Assembly: GCA_001785615.1 (NCBI GenBank) | Contig: MFUG01000016.1 | Span: 13,752-77,751 of the forward strand | Direction: 5' to 3' | Length of the DNA stretch: 64,000 nucleotides | Source: Candidatus Nomurabacteria bacterium RIFCSPHIGHO2_02_FULL_42_19 | GTDB lineage: Bacteria > Patescibacteriota > Minisyncoccia > Phycocordibacterales > UBA9973 | Shown here: in pieces, positions 57,209-64,000 of the stretch | How positions within the stretch are numbered: the first letter of the stretch is position 1 | Layout of the letters: each line of letters begins with the position of its first letter | Made by a program: the position numbers and the translations under genes | Notes under the pieces: model-generated | Database searches by the model: none | What the model was told of the DNA's origin: nothing | What the model saw: the letters and a program-made list of their open reading frames with translations, nothing else

Positions 57209-58915
57209 TTAAAGAAATTCCCCTTGGTAGCACTTCTCACAATAAACTATCTCGGGCCGTTCCGGTGCATACGAAGTCCTAATTGGCTTTTCGCATTTCA
57301 TGCACTCTCGGTCAAAAAAGACAGGCGGGTTAGTACGGACAAAACGCAATTTCTGCCGGCAGTTAAAACATTGAACGGGAAGTGGTAAATTTAATTTACG
57401 CATTAAATTAAGCTCACCCATGGTAAAACGATATGCGTTACTACAATTGTTACATTCAATCACTTCGTTTAAAATAGACTCATCTGTTTCCTTAATAGTT
57501 TTTGGCAAGTCCTTTGCTTTTTTTGTGATATCATATTCATTTTTTATTTCTTCATGCCATTTATAACCTTCTGTTAGTGCTTGTTTTTCACTTTTAGGAA
57601 AAAACTGATATGCAACTGTTTCATTGTAGGCAAAAGGGGTAAGGTCAATTGGAAAAAATTCTCCATACGGCCAAATTTGTCCCTGCTTGTCTTTATAGGG
57701 ATTCGTTTTCATATCTTTAATAATTTGTGCCTTTAATTTTTCATATTCCGCTTTTGAATATTCTTTGTTGAGGATGCAATATCGTTTCTTCTTCAGATTA
57801 ACACTACCAAAACAATCTCTACATCCATTAAGGGCGTACATGCAATATTCTATATCGAGGGCATTAGGCCAGCATTGGTAAGAAAATTTAACGTTACTTG
57901 CTCCTTCCCCACTTATAGCAGATTCATAAATTTTCTCAGAATTGTTACCCCAGCCTGTGTAATCATAACAATCTTTGGCTTTTGCCAAACTTACAATTTG
58001 GGTATATTTTCCGTCTTCCACTCCGGAAACCATATAGCAATCTCTGGCATTTTTCGATTCATAAATATAGTCACCAGACACATTCTTATTTAAAGCGTTC
58101 CCGATATAAAATCTTCTCGGATATTTATTCCAAAATTCAAATGCTTTTTCGCGCATCTCGTCTAAGTTTTTACGCGAATCAAGATTGTATTCTTTCAATT
58201 TTGCAAAATAATTTTCACGCGAATACTGTTCATTAAAGATACAATAACTCTTATTTCGGAGATTTACACAGCCAAAACAATTTACCAAACCGGAACAACT
58301 GCGGGAAAACAGAGTATCCGTACAAGCATCGCATTCTTCGGAGAAAAAGGTTTTGTAGCACCTATCGCATCCCACAGATTCATAACATAATTCAGATTCT
58401 TTCATGCGATAACAATCTATCGAGTCTTTCAGCCCCGCGAGATATGAGGAATAGAAAACATTATCGCAATAATCTGCCCAAAATGTCATATAACAATTTT
58501 TCAGGTGAGCAACAGCATTCGTGTATTCGCTATTTTTTAAAGTTAAGTAGTTTAATTCAAGTGCTTGCCAGGGAGTTTTGGCTACTAAATCCTTAAGCTG
58601 TTCAAAAAAGGGGCGACTTGTGTCATATTTTTGCGCATACTCTGTTCCATCCCATGAGTCACTCCACCAACAACGACTGCAAAAGACGACTTCAGATTTA
58701 TCAGGAGAGTGATTAGAAAGAGTTACTTTGCCACATTTGTTACAATTTCTTTTATAAAGATTCCAAACATTCACAAATGAAAATCTTCGAATCATGCGGC
58801 ATTCCGGACACCAAGTCGGCGACGGAACGGAAATTTTTTCATAGAAATTAAAATCTTCCGTTTCTATAACGAAGTCCTTACGACAATTTTGACAAGATTT
58901 AGTTTCTTTATTCAT
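57209..58915 (-). CDS. Cys-rich CPR-type protein with terminal zinc ribbons
   Basis: CQNC...PTWCPECR, CNKC, periodic Cys repeats, PYGEFFP, C-terminal YAPERPEIVYCEKCY. Confidence 0.85.
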   Translation of the reverse strand: MNKETKSCQNCRKDFVIETEDFNFYEKISVPSPTWCPECRMIRRFSFVNVWNLYKRNCNKCGKVTLSNHSPDKSEVVFCSRCWWSDSWDGTEYAQKYDTSRPFFEQLKDLVAKTPWQALELNYLTLKNSEYTNAVAHLKNCYMTFWADYCDNVFYSSYLAGLKDSIDCYRMKESELCYESVGCDRCYKTFFSEECDACTDTLFSRSCSGLVNCFGCVNLRNKSYCIFNEQYSRENYFAKLKEYNLDSRKNLDEMREKAFEFWNKYPRRFYIGNALNKNVSGDYIYESKNARDCYMVSGVEDGKYTQIVSLAKAKDCYDYTGWGNNSEKIYESAISGEGASNVKFSYQCWPNALDIEYCMYALNGCRDCFGSVNLKKKRYCILNKEYSKAEYEKLKAQIIKDMKTNPYKDKQGQIWPYGEFFPIDLTPFAYNETVAYQFFPKSEKQALTEGYKWHEEIKNEYDITKKAKDLPKTIKETDESILNEVIECNNCSNAYRFTMGELNLMRKLNLPLPVQCFNCRQKLRFVRTNPPVFFDRECMKCEKPIRTSYAPERPEIVYCEKCYQGEFL

Positions 58916-59005
58916 ACTTTATATTCATTATCGCACAATTAATCCACAATTTACATTACGGACTAAGTAGTGCGGGCAAGTGCATGATCCCTCACTACCT
59001 TGCCC

Positions 59006-59245
59006 TTACTTTTCCCCACCCCCCTGTGATGGAGGTGGAACCACCATCATGATGAGACGCAGGCTGCAGATGATCATTCCCACCATCATGACAACCTTCG
59101 CCCAAAAAAGAACATTCCGGTTCCAGCACCAAGCGCTGGGGTTGAAACCGTTGCAGGTCATCTCCCCCCGTACCGCGAAAATCTCTAGCACGGCCAGCGA
59201 AATGAAAACCAACATTATTCTTATGATACTTTTTTCGTTCTCCAT
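59006..59245 (-). CDS. Small two-TM orphan protein
   Basis: GGAG SD, 79 aa, two hydrophobic segments with a Cys-containing loop. Confidence 0.5.
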   Translation of the reverse strand: MENEKSIIRIMLVFISLAVLEIFAVRGEMTCNGFNPSAWCWNRNVLFWAKVVMMVGMIICSLRLIMMVVPPPSQGGGEK

Positions 59246-59353
59246 ACACACTCCATCTGCATTAAAACATATTTAAATAAAACGTCAATTAAAACATTAA
59301 ATATATCTTGAAATACACCTTATTTATTAAACATTTTTCCTGTATTTTAAAAT

Positions 59354-59396
59354 AAATGTCAGTTTTATTGACATTTTACTAGATAGGGTGTATGAT
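59354..59396 (+). promoter_or_regulatory. Promoter with an inverted repeat over the -35 (putative autoregulatory operator)
   Basis: AAATGTCA-7-TGACATTT; TTGACA-17-TATGAT; ATG at 59403. Confidence 0.6.
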
Positions 59397-59402
59397 GATT
59401 TT

Positions 59403-60161
59403 ATGGATAATACACAAACGCTGAAGCAACTAGGGCTCTCCGAAAAACAAGCGAGGATATACCTGGCCCTGCTTGAATTGGGAGAGTCCCCTATGACCGA
59501 GATAGCCCGGAAAGCAAACTTAAAACGCCCTACGGTATATCTCATTATTGATGAGCTGATTATTTTGGGTCTTTGCTCGGAGCTGACCAAGGGAAAGAAG
59601 AAATTTTATTCCGCTATTCACCCGCGCCGACTGGTAGAAATGACCCATTTTAGGAATAAGCAAGCGGAAAAATTATTGCCCGAATTGGTGGCTTTGCAAA
59701 ACACTGCTGAAAAGCCAAAAGTGCGGATGCTGGAAGGGCTCGAAGGTATGCGCACCGCTTACGAAGAGGCCTATGCGTCCTTAAACAACAAAGAAGAAGG
59801 CCTATGGATAAGCAATATCGATTTTTTGGAGGAAAAATTCCCGGAGGTCATAAAACTATATTTAAAAACTCTAGAGAGGCTGCACAATCCCCCGATTCGG
59901 GAAATAGTTCAAGGCGGCGAAATAAGCAAAAACTATATCAAGCGGGTAGTAAACCTTAAAAAAGGAAAAAATTTCAAAATCAGATACGTGCCGCCGGCCT
60001 ACTTATTCGGTTACACCGATCAATTGATAATTGGCGACAAAGTCATGACCTTTGTCCTGGGTAAAGAAATTTTCGTGCTTATTGTAGAGAGCAAAGACAA
60101 CGCCCAAACTCAGCGCGGTATCTTTGAACTGGCATGGGCAGGAGCGGAGAAAATAAATTAG
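59403..60161 (+). CDS. TrmB-family transcriptional regulator
   Basis: LKQLGLSEKQARIYLALLELG...IARKANLKRPTVY; PKVRMLEG. Confidence 0.9.
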   Translation: MDNTQTLKQLGLSEKQARIYLALLELGESPMTEIARKANLKRPTVYLIIDELIILGLCSELTKGKKKFYSAIHPRRLVEMTHFRNKQAEKLLPELVALQNTAEKPKVRMLEGLEGMRTAYEEAYASLNNKEEGLWISNIDFLEEKFPEVIKLYLKTLERLHNPPIREIVQGGEISKNYIKRVVNLKKGKNFKIRYVPPAYLFGYTDQLIIGDKVMTFVLGKEIFVLIVESKDNAQTQRGIFELAWAGAEKIN

Positions 60162-60835
60162 CTGAACATTTTTTTTCCACCAGAGGCGGATCCGCCTAGG
60201 GCGGAGAATTCTTTCGGTAAGGGTGATTCTACTTTGATTGTTTTGTTTTTTCCACCAGAGGCGGATCCGCCTAGGGCGGAGAATTCTATGGATTTAGCAT
60301 GTAGGGCCATGCGTTTAATACCTTTCGGGCATGGACCGGTCGGATTATAAAGCGAGTCGCAAACAACTGGATGATTAAGGTATTTCATATGCACGCGGAT
60401 CTGGTGCGTGCGACCGGTTTTGGGCTTAACTTCAAGATAAGTAAATTTAATTCCATTATCTGTAAATCTTTTCAGTACTTTGTATTCCGTAACAGCGTCA
60501 CGCATTGTCCCTCGCGCACCCCGGCCCGCAAGCCAGCGACGGAAGTCGGAAGGACTGCGGCCAATGGGCTTGTTTATAATTTGATGGTCGCGGGTAACAA
60601 AGCCGGATACTATGGCATTGTAAATTTTCTTTACTGTTCTAGCCTGAAACTGGCTTTTGAGTGTTTCATGCGCTTTTTTATTTTTTGCCAGAAGCATCGC
60701 GCCGGAAGTTTCTCTGTCCAACCTATGAGCAAGAATAAAATTGGGATATTTTTTAGAAATAGCGTCGACTAAAACACCGGACGGTTTATCTATCGCTAAA
60801 ATATTTGCGTCCTCGTATAAAACTTTGATTTTCAT
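60158..60835 (-). CDS. RluA-family pseudouridine synthase
   Basis: DKPSG, HRLDRETSG, TGRTHQIRVH, LHA. Confidence 0.95.
   Translation of the reverse strand: MKIKVLYEDANILAIDKPSGVLVDAISKKYPNFILAHRLDRETSGAMLLAKNKKAHETLKSQFQARTVKKIYNAIVSGFVTRDHQIINKPIGRSPSDFRRWLAGRGARGTMRDAVTEYKVLKRFTDNGIKFTYLEVKPKTGRTHQIRVHMKYLNHPVVCDSLYNPTGPCPKGIKRMALHAKSIEFSALGGSASGGKNKTIKVESPLPKEFSALGGSASGGKKMFS
60171..60287. repeat. 42-bp palindromic direct repeat, two in-frame copies in the RluA 3' end
   Basis: TTTTTTCCACCAGAGGCGGATCCGCCTAGGGCGGAGAATTCT at 60171-60212 and 60246-60287. Confidence 0.9.
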
Positions 60836-60836
60836 G

Positions 60837-60908
60837 TGCCCCCGGCAAGAATCGAACTTGCATTATCGGCTTAGAAGTCCGAAGTTCTGTCCATTGAACT
60901 ACGGGGGC
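60837..60908 (-). tRNA. tRNA-Arg (UCU)
   Basis: GCCCCCG...CT-TCT-AA...GCAAG TTCGATT CTTGC CGGGGGC A; CCA not encoded. Confidence 0.92.
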
Positions 60909-60966
60909 AAATTACAAAAGAACTTCTGTTAATATACTACAAAGATTTGGTTTTTCCAAAAAATTC

Positions 60967-61042
60967 TGGTGCGGGATGCAGGGCTTGAACCTGCGACCTT
61001 CGCTGTGTAAAAGCGCTGCTCTACCAACTGAGCTAATCCCGC
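60967..61042 (-). tRNA. tRNA-Val (UAC)
   Basis: GCGGGAT TAGCTCAGTTGGTAGAGC...TT-TAC-AC...ATCCCGC ACCA. Confidence 0.93.
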
Positions 61043-61063
61043 ATACCATTAAAATTAACACTT

Positions 61064-61372
61064 TTACCTTGATGGGTCAATGATGGGCGAAGGAGAATTT
61101 AGGATAGTAATTGCTTTTTTATTTTTTTCAGCAAAATATTCAAGCGCTTTATCAATTCTTTCTTTACTGAGGGTGGCCCCTTTACCCGCGGTGTTATCGT
61201 CCGATAAAGTAAATTCTTTATTTACTCTTTTGAAAAAATAAAAACTAAAGATGAAAGAGGCGAGCATCAGAATAAGCGCAACAACCTGAAGAACGTTCCA
61301 ATAAACGTCGGGATTGGTATGCAGACCTCCTTTTTTGAAACTTTTTTTTATTTTGAAAAATTTTATTTGCAT
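61064..61372 (-). CDS. Hypothetical single-TM protein at the end of the pil operon
   Basis: One TM; follows the PilO-like gene. Confidence 0.65.
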   Translation of the reverse strand: MQIKFFKIKKSFKKGGLHTNPDVYWNVLQVVALILMLASFIFSFYFFKRVNKEFTLSDDNTAGKGATLSKERIDKALEYFAEKNKKAITILNSPSPIIDPSR

Positions 61373-61384
61373 TTTGAAATTTAT

Positions 61385-61933
61385 TTATGGAATAAAACTT
61401 AAAAGCTTTATCTTGAAAACGGCCGCCCACTGCGGAGCTGGGTTTTTGCTGTCCAAGACCCCTCCCCCAGCGGACGTCTCCAGGGTCATGGAAATAAAAT
61501 CAAGTTCATAAGGAGAATTCTCCAGCAGGGTTAAAAATTTATAAAGTGCTTCAAAAGACCCGGTCGCGTTCACTCCGACCACCAGCCCGCTGTTATCCTT
61601 CGGCACTTCCACAAGGATAACTTCCGCTTTGGCCCCTGCGTCTCCGGCTAGTTTTTCAGTCATATTAAGAAACGGCACAATATCGGAACCCTGGATAAAG
61701 TGGGCGTTAAGTAATATATATTCTTTTTCAATTGTTTGCAGTAAGCGCTCTAATGATTTTATTTCGTCTTGCCTATTTACTTCACTTTGTCGTTCCATCT
61801 CCAGCTCGGCCGAGGTTTGATAATTATTTTGGGTCTGTCTATATAAAAAAATAAAAACAAAACAGGAAAGTAAAAGAAGGGCGGTGGAAAGTATAAGCGG
61901 TATTTTTTTAAATTTTTGAAAATTATTCTGCAT
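61385..61933 (-). CDS. PilO-like type IV pilus alignment protein
   Basis: TM, coiled coil, GSFEALYKFLTLLENSPY; follows pilM-pilN. Confidence 0.75.
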   Translation of the reverse strand: MQNNFQKFKKIPLILSTALLLLSCFVFIFLYRQTQNNYQTSAELEMERQSEVNRQDEIKSLERLLQTIEKEYILLNAHFIQGSDIVPFLNMTEKLAGDAGAKAEVILVEVPKDNSGLVVGVNATGSFEALYKFLTLLENSPYELDFISMTLETSAGGGVLDSKNPAPQWAAVFKIKLLSFIP

Positions 61934-61934
61934 A

Positions 61935-62477
61935 CTAAGAAGGGGTTAGTCCTAAAGAAAATTTAATATTTGATCCTTTGACAAAATTAGAAATAGGCAA
62001 GTCAACTTTTTTAAAGGCGATATTGTTTTCCAGTTCCCGCTTGAATAAAAGTAGCCGGTCCCGGGAAGACGCCACCCCGCTGATGCTTATGGTCTTGCCT
62101 TTTATGGATTCATTACGATACTGGATTTGAGTAATTTTAATATCGGGCATTTTCTCAGACATGATTTCATTTATTACTTTCTGCGAAACGAGGTATCTAC
62201 TATTACGGCTTTTTTCAATTAAATCCAGCTTTTTACTCAAGTCCTCAACCACCGTGAGAGTTTCTTTATCGGGAGAGGGTATGGATTGATTTTTTTCTGT
62301 TTCAAGTTTGCTGTTAATAAGATTTTTTCTGACCGAAGAAAGAAAATAAGCCGGCAACATGGCTACTCCGGCGATCAGAATAGAAAAGCCGAACACTGCA
62401 AAGGCGGTAACTAACAGACGGTAGTAAAAATCCTTTACTTTTTTCTTTTTTTCTTCATTTGGAATTAAATTAATCAT
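61935..62477 (-). CDS. PilN-like type IV pilus protein
   Basis: MINLIP (INLLP-like), TM, ISGVASSR. Confidence 0.78.
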   Translation of the reverse strand: MINLIPNEEKKKKVKDFYYRLLVTAFAVFGFSILIAGVAMLPAYFLSSVRKNLINSKLETEKNQSIPSPDKETLTVVEDLSKKLDLIEKSRNSRYLVSQKVINEIMSEKMPDIKITQIQYRNESIKGKTISISGVASSRDRLLLFKRELENNIAFKKVDLPISNFVKGSNIKFSLGLTPS

Positions 62478-62480
62478 ATT

Positions 62481-63563
62481 TTATTCGTGCTCGAAGTCCC
62501 CCAAGGCGAGCCCCAAAGCCGCCGCAAAGGTCAGGGAGCGGTTAAAAGTTATTTCCGGAATATATTTTTCGGTATTTATTATATTAATCCAGACATTGGC
62601 TGTTTCTACTTTATTTTTTATACTAATAGAAAAATATTCAGGTAATCCCGTTAAGTTAGCGTCTCCGCCACAAAGAATTATTTTCTTAATAGGTGGATGA
62701 TTTCGATCCTTTTCGTCTTTGTGGGTATGCCAATATAAGAAATGCTTGACTATTTCATCGCGCAAAACAGAAGCACTATTTAGAAGCACCGAAAATATTT
62801 CTTTATTGGCCATATTGCGCTCCAGGCCGAACTTTCTTTTCATTTTTTCCGCCTCCTCCAGACCTACGTTAAAGTTTTTTGCAATCATTTGGGTAAGCAT
62901 TGCTCCGCCAAGATCCAAAGTGGAAGTAAATACCGCTATTCCATGAGAGATAATAAAAATTCCGGTTCGGGTCTGGCCAAAATCCACAATCATATAGGTT
63001 TCCATGTCGCCTTTTTTTATAACCGCTCGAGAGATGGCCTGGGCCTCAAGTTCAAACGACTGAACAGAGAGCATTGAATTTCTAAAAACCGATAAATAAT
63101 TTTCAATAATATTTTTTGGGATGGCGGCAACTTGAAGTTCTAGACCTTGTTCGTCTTCACTTAATAACTCATAATCAAATATCGCATCTTGGGCTGGAAT
63201 CGGTACGTGCTCTTCCAGAGAAAGTTCTATCCCCTCTCGAACGTTTACTAAACCCACTTTATCCAAATGCAACCGAAAGAGATAGACCTGCTCCTCCGGC
63301 AAAGAGACGCGTACAAAACGAAGTCCTTCATCCTTTTTAAGAGATAACAAGACCTGTTCCAGCCGTTTGGGGTCCTTGATCTTGCCGGACTCAATGATCC
63401 CCACGGGGATCTTGCGTTCTCCATATCTGCCTATTCTAATGCCACTTTTCGCCGGCACAAGCTCTACAAATTTTAGGGACTCATCGGAAATATCCAAACC
63501 GAAAGAGGGCGCCATCAGAAATCTTGGAGTCGGGAAAAACCTATTATACAAATTCCTGAACAT
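62481..63563 (-). CDS. pilM: Type IV pilus assembly protein PilM
   Basis: FGLDISD, VDFG, AEKMK, ILCGGDANL, ALGLAL. Confidence 0.9.
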   Translation of the reverse strand: MFRNLYNRFFPTPRFLMAPSFGLDISDESLKFVELVPAKSGIRIGRYGERKIPVGIIESGKIKDPKRLEQVLLSLKKDEGLRFVRVSLPEEQVYLFRLHLDKVGLVNVREGIELSLEEHVPIPAQDAIFDYELLSEDEQGLELQVAAIPKNIIENYLSVFRNSMLSVQSFELEAQAISRAVIKKGDMETYMIVDFGQTRTGIFIISHGIAVFTSTLDLGGAMLTQMIAKNFNVGLEEAEKMKRKFGLERNMANKEIFSVLLNSASVLRDEIVKHFLYWHTHKDEKDRNHPPIKKIILCGGDANLTGLPEYFSISIKNKVETANVWINIINTEKYIPEITFNRSLTFAAALGLALGDFEHE

Positions 63564-63595
63564 GCCAATATTATACGATATTCTGTCCCCAATCG

Positions 63596-64000
63596 CTACG
63601 ATACGGATTTATTTTGCTTGTCCAGATATCGCTGGAGTATCAAGGCGGCGGCTGAAGCGTCTATCCGTCCAGATTTTATTTGCTTCAATTTGCTATGCGC
63701 TTGCGATTGGGTCAGAGTTTGCTTATTATCTTTGGATTTTCTCGCCTCCACGGAAGTAAGAAACTCTTTTTGCTTGTGAATTGGAAGCTTAAATTTTTTT
63801 TCTAGGTCTTTTATAAAAAGCTCAATCCGCGCGGACAGGACATTCAGCCGCCCGGAGAAATCAACGGATTCACCTATCACAATTTCTGAAATTTTTTCCG
63901 CTTGAATAATCTTGCCTAGCCGCTCGAAAGTATCGGTGTCATTTGGCACTATTTCTTTCGGGAAAGCGAGGACGGCTTCGTCGTTTGAAACCGCCACGCC
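63596..64000 (-). CDS. yqgF: YqgF/RuvX nuclease, 5' end outside window
   Basis: GVAVS, IVIGES, EFLTS, IDASAAALILQRYL. Confidence 0.9.
   Translation of the reverse strand, partial: GVAVSNDEAVLAFPKEIVPNDTDTFERLGKIIQAEKISEIVIGESVDFSGRLNVLSARIELFIKDLEKKFKLPIHKQKEFLTSVEARKSKDNKQTLTQSQAHSKLKQIKSGRIDASAAALILQRYLDKQNKSVS

Noticed and set aside
1078-63759. Numerous 60-220 aa antisense or out-of-frame ORFs
   Set aside because: Shadows of well-supported genes with no recognisable motifs

Overview
A 64-kb, AT-rich bacterial chromosomal segment, genetic code 11. Gene content suggests a CPR/Patescibacteria (Parcubacteria-like) organism (inference): no rpmD between rpsE and rplO, no rplA after rplK, a HerA/TraG-like ATPase, a Cys-rich CPR-type protein, pilMNO and many apparently leaderless genes. 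The backbone is the str-S10-spc ribosomal cluster plus secE-nusG-rplK, infC-rpmI-rplT, rplS, rpmB, ftsH, smpB-ssrA, a livKHMGF operon and five tRNAs (Ile-UAU, His, Leu, Arg, Val). Main points of interest: (1) a candidate folate-scavenging/dTMP module (ECF S-component-like protein, DHFR/RibD-C-like protein, CofE-like glutamyl ligase, dCMP deaminase and MazG-like protein facing thyA-folA); (2) integrase-less mini-cassettes in the ribosomal operons: two PaaX/Cas2-like genes each bracketed by paired palindromes (one also by a 40-bp duplication) and a DUF5678-like/aspartyl protease pair inside a 27-bp direct repeat; (3) families of long intergenic hairpins at r-protein gene junctions, plus in-frame palindromic insertions; (4) an unannotated promoter-to-terminator rod-shaped RNA (6S-like); (5) tRNA-Ile with a UAU anticodon; (6) GC-rich islets with SD-led orphan small ORFs. 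All calls are by eye; no searches were run.
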